From NCBI GenBank assembly GCA_963589675.1, contig CAVALL010000001.1, positions 1 to 49,283 on the forward strand: 49,283 bases of DNA. The letters run 5' to 3'. This DNA comes from Alistipes onderdonkii. GTDB lineage: Bacteria; Bacillota_I; Bacilli_A; RFN20; CAG-288. The position numbers were made by a program, and so were the translations under genes. Below, piece after piece: positions 26,032-34,513 of the stretch. The number at the start of each line of letters is the position of its first letter. Within the stretch, counting starts at the first letter, position 1. The notes below the pieces were generated by a model. The model ran no database searches. It saw nothing but the letters and a program-made list of their open reading frames with translations, and had not been told where the DNA came from.

Positions 26032-26922
26032 TCACCTCTTGATTCCGGTGGTGGCAACACCTTGGATAAAGAATTTCTGACATAAGATGTATAAAAGCAA
26101 AGTCGGCAATAAGCTAGACATGGCACCAGCCATGAGAAGAGTATGTTGAGTGTTCTGGGCAGTAGATAAGGAATTGACTAAGAGCTGGATGGTATAGAGC
26201 TTTGGATTGGTTCCGACATAGAGTAGAGGAGTCATGTAGTCGTTATAAGCGCCATTGAAGGATAAGATCAATTGAGTGAGCAAGGCCGGCATCGAGACAG
26301 GAATGATGATTCGAATCAAGATTCCAAAGCGGGATAGTCCATCGATTTCAGCAGCCTCCTCCAATTCCTTTGGAAGAGTCTGGAAGTATTGATAGAGGTA
26401 GAACATGACACCTGCGCTACCGAATAATCCAGGAATGATGATAGGGAGTGCTGTTCCATACCAGTGATAGAAGTTGACGAATAAGGAGTAGGATGGCATA
26501 AGGATGATGACACCTGGTATGACCATCGTGGAGAGAATGATATAGAAAATGACTTTCCTTCCATGGAATTTGATTCTAGCTAATGCGTATGCAGCAGTTG
26601 TAGAGAAGAAGAGGCCGACAAACACAGGGGGAATGATATAGAGGAAGGTGTTGAGAATGGCTCTTCCGACATCGTTCTCGGAGAATAGTTTTACATAGTT
26701 TCCGATATCAACAGGATTTGGAATGAGTGTGAAATTGAAGATGTTCTTTGGCGAAGTGAAGGAGGCGGAAAGTGCAATCAAGAATGGGAAGATGAAAATC
26801 AATGCAAAAATGGATAAGAACAGATAAACACCTGTCTTATAGAGAATCTTATGAATATGCAGTCTTCTGATTCTCTTCTGTTGTTCGATGACTTTCAGTT
26901 GACGATTATCTGTGTTATTCAT
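26032..26922 (-). CDS. Carbohydrate ABC transporter permease (MalG-type)
   Basis: Six hydrophobic helices and the EAA loop EEAAEIDGLSRFGILIRIIIP. Confidence 0.9.
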   Translation of the reverse strand: MNNTDNRQLKVIEQQKRIRRLHIHKILYKTGVYLFLSIFALIFIFPFLIALSASFTSPKNIFNFTLIPNPVDIGNYVKLFSENDVGRAILNTFLYIIPPVFVGLFFSTTAAYALARIKFHGRKVIFYIILSTMVIPGVIILMPSYSLFVNFYHWYGTALPIIIPGLFGSAGVMFYLYQYFQTLPKELEEAAEIDGLSRFGILIRIIIPVSMPALLTQLILSFNGAYNDYMTPLLYVGTNPKLYTIQLLVNSLSTAQNTQHTLLMAGAMSSLLPTLLLYILCQKFFIQGVATTGIKR

Positions 26923-27823
26923 ATTTCACCCACAGTTTTGAAATGACAAAGTTGAATGCGGAAAGAGCAAGAATGACAAGGCCTAATAGGATACCTAAAG
27001 CAGAGGCATAGCCAAGCTGATAGTTCCAAGTGCTAGAAGAGTAGTTATAGATGTACCAAACGGGCATCACAGACCATTTCGTCAAAACACCACCTCTTAC
27101 GACTTGGAATCTAGAGAAGTCCTGGAAGGATCCCATGATACCGGTGATGAGGATATAGAAAGTGATCGGAGAGACACCAGGAAGAGTGACATGGACGAAT
27201 TTCTGAAATCCGTTGCATCCATCGATTTCGGCTGCCTCGTATAAGTTTTTAGAAATATTCTTTAGTGCGGCAAAGAGGAGCAATACGGAAGTTCCAAGTC
27301 CGCTCCATACACCCATAACGATCATGCTAGGAAAGAAATAGTCTTCGCCTAAAAAGACCATATTCTTGATTCCAAAGAATTCAAATAGTTTTGGTAAGAA
27401 TCCGTATATTGGTGTGTAAAGCCATTTCCATATGAATGTGATAGCAACAGCACCACAGATGGTTGGGATGTAGTATATAGTCCTATAGAACACAGAGAAT
27501 TTCGGATTCTTGACTAACATGTTCGATAAGATCAAGGCTAAGAAGATACCTATCGGAACACCAATGGCATTGATCAAGGCATTTAGAAGAGAACGTAAAA
27601 ACCATTCATCCTTGAATGCGTTGGCATAGTTTTGAAATCCGATGAAGGAGTATGTGTCGATGTTGGCAAAGGAATAGTTGGTGAAGGATAGATAGACAGC
27701 ATATCCTAAAGGTACGAAGAAGAACAAAGCCAAACCGATGATCAAAGGCGCTGAAAAAAGATAACCATAGATGTGGTCGTTGATCTTTCTTTTGTTGATG
27801 TAGTATGTCTTTTTTCTTTCCAT
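26915..27823 (-). CDS. Carbohydrate ABC transporter permease (MalF-type)
   Basis: EAA loop YEAAEIDGCNGFQKFVHVTLP. Polytopic, with an 8-nt overlap with the downstream permease. Confidence 0.9.
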   Translation of the reverse strand: MERKKTYYINKRKINDHIYGYLFSAPLIIGLALFFFVPLGYAVYLSFTNYSFANIDTYSFIGFQNYANAFKDEWFLRSLLNALINAIGVPIGIFLALILSNMLVKNPKFSVFYRTIYYIPTICGAVAITFIWKWLYTPIYGFLPKLFEFFGIKNMVFLGEDYFFPSMIVMGVWSGLGTSVLLLFAALKNISKNLYEAAEIDGCNGFQKFVHVTLPGVSPITFYILITGIMGSFQDFSRFQVVRGGVLTKWSVMPVWYIYNYSSSTWNYQLGYASALGILLGLVILALSAFNFVISKLWVKYE

Positions 27824-27853
27824 AAGGGAATGTTCAATTTGATATATGACAGA

Positions 27854-29296
27854 TTAGTAGAGGTTTTCTTCAACTATTTTCTTAGCCTGAGAAAGGAAGT
27901 AGTCGACAGTCCAACGCTTAGATTCATCGGAGTGGTAGAGATATTCACTAGTAGTATCGTATCCCATCGTCTTCCACTTCTGATTGTTGCGATACTGCCA
28001 AAGACCATAAGACTGTGTCTCTGCTGAATGGACAAAGACTTCATAATTGAGTCCGGAGTAATTGATCTCTTCTCTCTTCTTGACATCATCGCTTAAAGCA
28101 AGATCAGAATAGACTGGAATCTGGAAACCGGTGGAGGAGAGGATTTCCTGACCTTCACGGCTTGCGATATATTCGATGAGTTTCCAGGCTGCTAATTTGT
28201 TCTGGCATGTAGATGCCATTGCATAACCGACAGAACCGGAGTACATGTTCTTTGTCTGATTTTCACTGAAAGCAGGAACATAGCAGACATTCCATTTGAA
28301 GTCGAGGTTCTTGAATGTTGTGACATTGTATCTTCCACCGATATAGGTTGCAATCTTCTGCATAGAGAAAAGATTAGAGGCATCCTGTCCAGCTGTGAAT
28401 TCGCTCGGGGGCTGAACCTGATACTTGAAATAGGAATCCTGCATGTACTGATAGCCTTTTTTCAAACCCGCTAAATCGGAAGCTTCTGTTGGGAATGCAT
28501 CTCTTGAAGCGTTGAGGAAGTCTCCGCCTGCCGACCAGACAAGGCCTTCGATACCTAAACCACCGACACCATAGCAGGTGATATCTCCTTTGGAATCCTT
28601 CTTCGTTAGACTTTGCCACATTGTTGTAGCTTCTTCCATTGTCATGATGCGATCGGAAGGAGGAAGTTCAACACCTAACTGCTTGAAGATATCTTCGTTA
28701 TAGTACATGACATAAGGACCGATATCCTTTGGAAGAGCAAGCTGAACACCAGAGCCAGGTCTACCAGATCCGGCATTATATTGATAACGTGTCAAAGATG
28801 TGGAATACATGTTATCGGTATCGATAATTGTACTTGCATCAACATAAGGAGTGAGGTTGACTAGCTTGTTGCTTGAAGCCCAGCTTCCAAAAGCACCATC
28901 CGGTACCAAAAAGACGTCGTGCATATTGTTAGCGGAAATATTGTTTCCGTAGGTATTTTCATAGTCGGTAAGGATTTCAAGTTCGACCTTGATATTCGGA
29001 TAACGCTTGTTGAAACCTTTCAGCATGGCATTGAGAACAGCGGATTCAACGTTTCTTCCAGCGGAATCCCAATGACACATCCTGATAGTGCAAGCTTCAC
29101 CATCATAGCTCCAATCCAAATTGTCGTATTTCTTTTGGATGTCCTCCAATGAGAAACTATCTTCCTGTGTTGTGCTATCACCGGAATTGCTGCCTTTGTT
29201 CGATGACTCGGTGTCATATGAATTGACACAACCACATAACATCAATGATGAAAGAAGGGAAACAGCGAAAGTCTTTTTCAAATGATTAAGTGCCAT
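27854..29296 (-). CDS. Extracellular solute-binding lipoprotein of the sugar ABC transporter
   Basis: Lipobox LCGC with AGGAGG upstream. The 480-aa size and its position upstream of the two permeases fit family 1 SBPs. Confidence 0.8.
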   Translation of the reverse strand: MALNHLKKTFAVSLLSSLMLCGCVNSYDTESSNKGSNSGDSTTQEDSFSLEDIQKKYDNLDWSYDGEACTIRMCHWDSAGRNVESAVLNAMLKGFNKRYPNIKVELEILTDYENTYGNNISANNMHDVFLVPDGAFGSWASSNKLVNLTPYVDASTIIDTDNMYSTSLTRYQYNAGSGRPGSGVQLALPKDIGPYVMYYNEDIFKQLGVELPPSDRIMTMEEATTMWQSLTKKDSKGDITCYGVGGLGIEGLVWSAGGDFLNASRDAFPTEASDLAGLKKGYQYMQDSYFKYQVQPPSEFTAGQDASNLFSMQKIATYIGGRYNVTTFKNLDFKWNVCYVPAFSENQTKNMYSGSVGYAMASTCQNKLAAWKLIEYIASREGQEILSSTGFQIPVYSDLALSDDVKKREEINYSGLNYEVFVHSAETQSYGLWQYRNNQKWKTMGYDTTSEYLYHSDESKRWTVDYFLSQAKKIVEENLY

Positions 29297-29336
29297 AGGG
29301 AATAAATCCTCCTATTCTGATACCTTAATCATAGAA

Positions 29337-29355
29337 TGTAAGCGTTTCCGTTACA
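29337..29355. promoter_or_regulatory. Imperfect palindrome TGTAAGCG-TTT-CCGTTACA, candidate LacI/CcpA-type operator
   Basis: Read directly, 41 nt upstream of the SBP start codon. The half-sites TGTAA/TTACA with a CG-containing core resemble cre/LacI-family operators, but the spacing is atypical. Confidence 0.3.
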
Positions 29356-29393
29356 ATGCAAAATACTATAGGATTTATACAAAAAAGCACTTT

Positions 29394-29633
29394 TTAAAAC
29401 AAAGATTCGGTGCTTATAGAGTCGAAAATATGCATTTTTGCAAGATTGATACGATAGGAGAAGGAATCACCTTTCTTGTAAAGGTCTTTTGTAAGGGCTA
29501 CTTTGGATGTCAGGTGAGCAAATTCAGTCTGGAAATGGAGATAGTACTCACATCCCATTTTCGGAAGAATGATGTAGCCTTCAAAAATAATCTTCTGTGA
29601 ATTATGCCCGATGTCATCGCGATATTCGGGCAT
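29394..29633 (-). pseudogene. 3' remnant of an MsmX/MalK-type sugar ABC ATPase gene (only the C-terminal regulatory/TOBE-like part)
   Basis: The translation ..PEYRDDI..KIIFEGYIILPKMGCEYYLHF..KKGDSFSYRINLAKMHIFD.. matches the C-terminal about 70 aa pattern of MsmX/MalK (RPE.., G-E-YLH, KxGD, HxFD). No Walker motifs are present. The frame is closed by a stop at 29643-29645, next to the IS. Confidence 0.6.
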
Positions 29634-29665
29634 TTCATTTTGTCAAACATTTAGAATAAAAAGTA

Positions 29666-29694
29666 TGTACATTCATGTACATATATGCTATAAT
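29666..29694 (+). promoter_or_regulatory. Candidate transposase promoter (TGTACA-17 nt-TATAAT)
   Basis: -35-like TGTACA at 29666-29671, a 17-nt spacer and TATAAT at 29689-29694. GGAGGTG lies before ATG 29717. Confidence 0.35.
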
Positions 29695-29716
29695 AGAATA
29701 TACCGGAGGTGCATCC

Positions 29717-31492
29717 ATGTACATCAAGAGATATCTGAACAAAAGCGGGACCGATTCCAAGGTCTACCTCTTCATCGCCGTGCCCGGCTCCAAGAAGAGA
29801 AAGATAGTTGAGAGATACCCTTCCCTCAACGAGCTGACGGCAAAATACGGGTCCGAGGAGAAGGCGATGGCGTTCCTGAAGGAACGCTGCGCCATCCTGG
29901 ACAAGGCGGAGAAGGAAAGCAGGTCCGGCAGGACCACACTCCAGATCGACCTCGACAGGAAGATCTCACTTGAGTCTGACGAATACGTCGGGATCAAGAA
30001 CATGGGCTACCTTTTCCTGCAGAAGGCGTACTACGACCTTGGCATCGAGGCCTTCATAAACAAATGGAAGTTCGAGTCCAAGAGCAAGATCCGGTATTCC
30101 CTGAACGACGCGTTCAGGCTGCTTGTCTACTCCAGGGTCCACGAGCCATGCTCAAAGCTCGCGGCGTCCAGGAAAAACGACGATTTCATCGAGAACTTCG
30201 ACATTTCCGTGGACGACCTGTATGACTGCCTTGACAGAACGTATCTGTTCTCGAAGGACCTTACCAGGAAGCTGTCCAACAAATGCAAGACTCTCATCGG
30301 AGGGAAAGGCTGCGCCGTCTACTACGACTGCACCAACTTCTACTTCGAGATCCAGGAGGCCGACGAAAAAGACGGGCTCAGGGACTACGGCGTCGAGAAG
30401 AACCACAGGCCCGACCCCATCGTGGAATACGGCCTGCTCATGGACGAGGACGGATATCCGATAGGCTCTGCCACATTCAGAGGGAACGAGAGCGAGAAAG
30501 GCTCCCTCATCCCTCTTCTCAAGGAGTCCGGAGAGGACGCGACGAAGGCAAAGATCATCGTCGCGGACAGCGGGCTGAACACGGACGGGAACAAGAGCAC
30601 CATCCATGAGACGGGCAGGAACTATATCTTCTGCCAGTCCCCGAAGCAGCTGTCGAAGGACAACCTTGCGGAGGCCTTCGATGACAGAGACTGGCTTGTC
30701 TACGACAACGGAAGGAAGAGAATCAAGAGCTACTGGATCAGAAGGGCGAACGGAAGAGAGGAAAGGCTCGTGGTCAAGTTCGACCAGGCCTCCTATGACT
30801 TCATCTGCCACATGATCGACAAAAGGGTCGAAAGGGCCAAGAGCTTCATCAAGAACCCGTCCAGGCTCAGCCTCAGCAACTGCACCGACGGCAAGCAGTA
30901 CATCAGAAGCATAGTCGTCGACCAGAAGACCGGCGAGGTCTTGAAGGACAAGTCAGTATTGGAATTGAAACTGGAGGACATCGAGAAGGACAGGAGGTAT
31001 GCCGGATACATGTTCTACGTGACCGACATACCAAGGGAGAAGGACGACGCGGACGGACACTTCAGCGAGATGAGGAAGAAAGGGTTCAGGATCGAGTTCA
31101 TGGACGACATGGAGATCGCCAGGATCGCCGGAAGGAGGAACGACATCGAGGACTGCTTCAGGAAGATGAAGTCGGGAATGGACGCAAGGCCGATATTCGT
31201 GAGGAAGCCCGAGCACATAGAGGCCCATCTGTTCACGGTCTACGTGGCGTTGACGCTGCTGATGTACATCCAGAGGAAATATGTGCCCGATATGACGACC
31301 GACGAGCTGCTCGATGCTGTGAGGAACTACTCCCTCTGCATGCTTGAGGGGCAGACGGACATCTACAGGACCGGATACTTCTCGAGGGACGTGAAGAGGC
31401 TGGCGGAGTCGATGGGCTTCGAGTGCATGGACAGGTGGTATCTGGAATGGAACACGGTGAAGAAAATGGTATCCAAGAGCAAGAACAGGTGA
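29717..31492 (+). CDS. IS1634/IS4-family DDE transposase
   Basis: ORF 29675..31492; GGAGGTG favours ATG 29717 (MYIKRYLNKSG..). Size is about 590 aa. The N-terminal pattern and segments such as YYDCTNFYFE, KNHRPD and IVADSGLN are typical of IS1634-type transposases as I recall them. Confidence 0.7.
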   Translation: MYIKRYLNKSGTDSKVYLFIAVPGSKKRKIVERYPSLNELTAKYGSEEKAMAFLKERCAILDKAEKESRSGRTTLQIDLDRKISLESDEYVGIKNMGYLFLQKAYYDLGIEAFINKWKFESKSKIRYSLNDAFRLLVYSRVHEPCSKLAASRKNDDFIENFDISVDDLYDCLDRTYLFSKDLTRKLSNKCKTLIGGKGCAVYYDCTNFYFEIQEADEKDGLRDYGVEKNHRPDPIVEYGLLMDEDGYPIGSATFRGNESEKGSLIPLLKESGEDATKAKIIVADSGLNTDGNKSTIHETGRNYIFCQSPKQLSKDNLAEAFDDRDWLVYDNGRKRIKSYWIRRANGREERLVVKFDQASYDFICHMIDKRVERAKSFIKNPSRLSLSNCTDGKQYIRSIVVDQKTGEVLKDKSVLELKLEDIEKDRRYAGYMFYVTDIPREKDDADGHFSEMRKKGFRIEFMDDMEIARIAGRRNDIEDCFRKMKSGMDARPIFVRKPEHIEAHLFTVYVALTLLMYIQRKYVPDMTTDELLDAVRNYSLCMLEGQTDIYRTGYFSRDVKRLAESMGFECMDRWYLEWNTVKKMVSKSKNR

Positions 31493-31620
31493 TGTACAAA
31501 TAAATATTCCAAAAAAATCCCGGAAAATCTCGACAGACTCGAGACATTCTGGGATTTTTCGCTTTTTAACTTCCGAAAACCGGATATTATATTAAAATTA
31601 TATTTAATACTCAATTTATA

Positions 31621-31648
31621 ACGAAAAGAAAAAGCGGCCGAAGCCGCT
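31621..31648 (-). terminator. Rho-independent terminator of the alpha/beta hydrolase gene
   Basis: On the - strand: AGCGGC-TTCG-GCCGCT followed by TTTTTCTTTT, starting 3 nt after the TAA stop at 31652-31654. Confidence 0.8.
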
Positions 31649-31651
31649 ATT

Positions 31652-32593
31652 TTAGAACTGATCTTCTCTTGCAACCGTATCGTTATCGATATCCGGATCA
31701 AGGGAGTTGAAGATTTCGCTGAATGTCGGTATCTCTTCACCATCCTCATCAAGATTGTGTTTGACAACCTGAAGTTCGGCTTTTTTGATTTCTTCCTTCT
31801 TTTCAATCAGGAAAGGAGTATCAAAGGCATAATGAAGAATGTCTTCATAGACAACTCCATTGAGTCTTGCTGTCTTCAGCATCGTATGATTCATTCCACT
31901 ATAGAGGTAGAAACCATAATTTGCTTTCATGTGGGAAGTGACTTTCTTAGAGGAATGCTCACTGCACATCGGATCCATATCTCCACGAAGAATCAAGGCT
32001 TCCTGTTTTACGCGTCTTAAGTATTTACGGTTGATGACAACAGAGACAAAGATAGAGAAGAGTAGGTATAAGAATCCTTTGACGGACTGTCCATTCATCG
32101 AAGCAGTGATTCTGTTTCCGTACTTCTTCTGCATGACTTTGAACTTCTTAGCATATTTAAGATAGTTCGGAATCATATTGTTGAGAATTGTATCATAGAT
32201 CGGAGCGACTAAAACGACCTTGTCAATCTGATTTTTGTATTTGCAGGCGACCTTAGCAACTAAGGAACAGCTGAAGGAGTAACCCATCAATACGATATGG
32301 TAACCTTTGGCTATATATTCCTCAACAACTTCTCTCAATCTTTTCTCATAAAGCCTGACATGATGTGTCTCTTTCAAATGAGCTTCAAAAAGAAGGACAC
32401 ATCTAACCTCACATAAAGGATAGTCTTTCTGGAAATTGTTTTTGTAGTAGTCAAAAAGGCCTGTCGCATCATGAAGGTTTGTCGTCTGTAAACCATTTGC
32501 GCAAATCAAAACTGTCTTTTCAGTCGGTTCCTTGATAGTCAAGGAGCCTTTGATAGTCTTGACAACTTTAACTTTGTTTTTTGAATTGGTCAT
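31652..32593 (-). CDS. Alpha/beta-fold hydrolase
   Basis: Nucleophile elbow VLMGYSFSCS, later GDMDP and MNHTM consistent with a Ser-Asp-His triad, and a charged C-terminal tail. Confidence 0.6.
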   Translation of the reverse strand: MTNSKNKVKVVKTIKGSLTIKEPTEKTVLICANGLQTTNLHDATGLFDYYKNNFQKDYPLCEVRCVLLFEAHLKETHHVRLYEKRLREVVEEYIAKGYHIVLMGYSFSCSLVAKVACKYKNQIDKVVLVAPIYDTILNNMIPNYLKYAKKFKVMQKKYGNRITASMNGQSVKGFLYLLFSIFVSVVINRKYLRRVKQEALILRGDMDPMCSEHSSKKVTSHMKANYGFYLYSGMNHTMLKTARLNGVVYEDILHYAFDTPFLIEKKEEIKKAELQVVKHNLDEDGEEIPTFSEIFNSLDPDIDNDTVAREDQF

Positions 32594-32605
32594 ATCGTTC
32601 CTCCC

Positions 32606-33322
32606 CTACTTGAATCGATACATGAAGATGCCCGCGGCAACAGCAACATTCAAGGAATCGATTCCGTTCATCTCGATTTTCAGCTTCTTTCCCAAGGATA
32701 GATTCTCCTTGGATACCCCTTGTCCTTCATTGCCGAAGACAAGGACAAAAGGCTTTGTGAGATGATCGATTTCTCTCTCATCCACACCATCCAAAGTAGT
32801 CAGATAGATGTTGTATCCTTTTTCCTTCAAAGTGAGAAGATCCTCTCGCAAGACAGGAAGGTGGAATAAGGCACCTTTTGTACTTTGGATTACCTTACTA
32901 TTATACAACGAAACAGAGTCTTTCGATAAGACCAAAGATGAATAAGAAAAAGATAAAGCGGTTCGAATCATCGTGCCTGCATTTCCAGGATCCTGAATTC
33001 GATCCAAATAGATGACTTTGTCACCTAAGGAATCAAGAGAATAATTCAGTTTCTTACAGACGCCCATCATTTCAGGAAGAGACTGATAGGAAGATAATTC
33101 TCTATATAGTCCTTGCTTTAGTCCATAGATAGGGACATCCATCTTCGGGCAAGATGTTCCATCCACAACAATCAAAGCCTCAAGTAGATTCTCTTTCATA
33201 GCTTCTTCCACGAGGTCTTTTCCTTCCACTAAAAAGGAAGACTGCTTTTTATCACCTTTTTTCAGGTTCAAAAGCTCTTTGAATGTTTTGTTGTCTCTGC
33301 TTTCAATGACGCGGAATGACAT
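32606..33322 (-). CDS. TrmH/SpoU-family RNA 2'-O-methyltransferase
   Basis: ORF 32606..33376; AAGGAGAG lies 7 nt before ATG 33322 (MSFRVIESRDN). SpoU motifs are VLVFGNEGQGVS and IDSLNVAVAAGIFMY. Confidence 0.85.
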   Translation of the reverse strand: MSFRVIESRDNKTFKELLNLKKGDKKQSSFLVEGKDLVEEAMKENLLEALIVVDGTSCPKMDVPIYGLKQGLYRELSSYQSLPEMMGVCKKLNYSLDSLGDKVIYLDRIQDPGNAGTMIRTALSFSYSSLVLSKDSVSLYNSKVIQSTKGALFHLPVLREDLLTLKEKGYNIYLTTLDGVDEREIDHLTKPFVLVFGNEGQGVSKENLSLGKKLKIEMNGIDSLNVAVAAGIFMYRFK

Positions 33323-34001
33323 GGTCCATCTCTCCTTCAAAATGTCCGAGGTTGACTTCATTTTCCAGATAGTCATAATTCGGACAATAATATTTTACGA
33401 TAGAATAGAACCTTTCGTTATGCTTAATTTCGAAAATGTGTGCGATTTCATGATAAATGATAGAATCTGAGATACTACTTTCATAGGCAAAAAGGCGATA
33501 ATCAAACTTCAACTGATGCTTGGTTGGAAAACAGACACCCGCATAAGTGAGAAATAATCCTGTGCGGATTGTCCAAGAAGATAGGTCGACACCCATCTTT
33601 TTCCCAAGTTCAACTACTCTCATATTCAGATATTCAAGATACATCTTCTTGTACTTCACAAGTGGATCTTTGCAATTCGGTGAAACATAGAAATAGTTCG
33701 GATCATCCTTCTTTGTGATGTCATTTGTAAAATATCTTTTGCGTCCTAACACATAGATATAGACACCTTCTTTATAGAATGGTCTTCCAAAGATATGATC
33801 CGGATATTTCTTTATGACCTTGTAAGCTAATTCAGTGGCCTGCTTTATCGTAGAGTAACGCGGAGCATAGATTTCCAGTTCACCATAGGTAAATCTAGCT
33901 ATCAAGTTGCTTCCGCTTTTCTTGGCATACACCTTGATTGGAAGTACGGTTCCATCATTTAATTGAATTTCGATTGTTCTTAGTAATGTTCTTTTATCCA
34001 T
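33303..34001 (-). CDS. YgjP-like (DUF45/M48-related) zinc metallopeptidase
   Basis: HExxH motif IYHEIAHIFEIKHNERFY near the C-terminus. The size and layout are typical of DUF45 proteins. Confidence 0.7.
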   Translation of the reverse strand: MDKRTLLRTIEIQLNDGTVLPIKVYAKKSGSNLIARFTYGELEIYAPRYSTIKQATELAYKVIKKYPDHIFGRPFYKEGVYIYVLGRKRYFTNDITKKDDPNYFYVSPNCKDPLVKYKKMYLEYLNMRVVELGKKMGVDLSSWTIRTGLFLTYAGVCFPTKHQLKFDYRLFAYESSISDSIIYHEIAHIFEIKHNERFYSIVKYYCPNYDYLENEVNLGHFEGEMDHVIPRH

Positions 34002-34098
34002 AACGATTTCATTTTACTCTCTTATATTCCCATTTGTAACTAGATAGATAACGTTGTCCTTTCAAAAAGAGATAGTGAAGAAAAATCTAAAAAAAGTC

Positions 34099-34127
34099 TT
34101 GCATAAGTTTTTCAAAGCCGATATAAT
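34099..34127 (+). promoter_or_regulatory. SigA-type promoter of the tRNA-Leu gene
   Basis: TTGCAT (34099-34104), a 17-nt spacer and TATAAT (34122-34127). The tRNA 5' end lies 15 nt downstream. Confidence 0.6.
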
Positions 34128-34142
34128 TATTAGGCTTGACAT

Positions 34143-34226
<84 letters not shown>

Positions 34227-34239
34227 TCTCGAAGCAATA

Positions 34240-34268
34240 GTTTGACACTTCGGTGTCAAACTTTTTTT
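34240..34268 (+). terminator. Rho-independent terminator after tRNA-Leu
   Basis: GTTTGACAC-TTCG-GTGTCAAAC followed by TTTTTTT. Confidence 0.85.
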
Positions 34269-34513
34269 GTTTATATCAACCATTCGATTGTTTTGAATAA
34301 TGGAGAAATCATCCTTAATCGATCTCTTATATCATGCATTCCACGATCAACTTTCTCTTTGTTATTTTTCCTCAAATCAAATGTGTCATTCTACACATCG
34401 TTTTGATATCAATTATTCTCTCAGCACAAAAGTTACTATTTATTTGTGCTTGAATTCGCTTGCATTTTAACTTGCAACATGCGTAAATAATCATGATTAC
34501 TGGGAGGTATATC

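Larger units (their letters stand above)
29641..31625 (+). mobile_element. Insertion sequence, IS1634/IS4-like; ends not resolved (maximal envelope given)
   Basis: There is an abrupt switch to GC-rich sequence carrying a single DDE-type transposase ORF. A weak candidate terminal repeat pair is 29652-29672 (tagaataaaaagtatgtacat) versus 31492-31511 (atgtacaaataaatattcca, reverse-complement related). A long hairpin lies at about 31518-31566. Confidence 0.6.

Noticed and set aside
29607-29636. Inverted repeat ATGCCCGA..TCGGGCAT at the msmX-remnant/IS border, considered as an IS terminal structure.
   Set aside because: The segment still translates in frame as PEYRDDI, compatible with the RPE.. 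region of MsmX/MalK. It therefore probably belongs to the gene remnant, and no matching copy exists at the other IS end.
29641-29646. Outward-facing perfect TTGACA hexamer (- strand) at the IS junction, considered as half of a hybrid promoter driving the sugar operon.
   Set aside because: No acceptable -10 hexamer lies 16-18 nt downstream (TATCGC or ATCGCG only). It is mentioned only as a possibility to test by transcription start-site mapping.
30123-31547. Cluster of overlapping ORFs on both strands inside the IS: 30123..30464, 30152..30811 (219 aa), 30283..30609, 30385..30603, 30606..30815, 30953..31228 and 31233..31547.
   Set aside because: They all overlap the 591-aa transposase frame. 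They are Arg/Pro/Ser/Gly-rich low-complexity translations, typical of spurious open frames in GC-rich DNA, and none has an SD or a recognisable motif.
34270-34513. 245-bp leader upstream of gldA, checked for a riboswitch, T-box or small ORF (33-codon ORF from 34301, hairpin 34424-34449).
   Set aside because: There is no conserved riboswitch core, specifier or T-box sequence, nor a terminator/antiterminator pair. The small ORF lacks an SD. Only weak promoter-like hexamers (TTGCAT..TAAATA) were seen.
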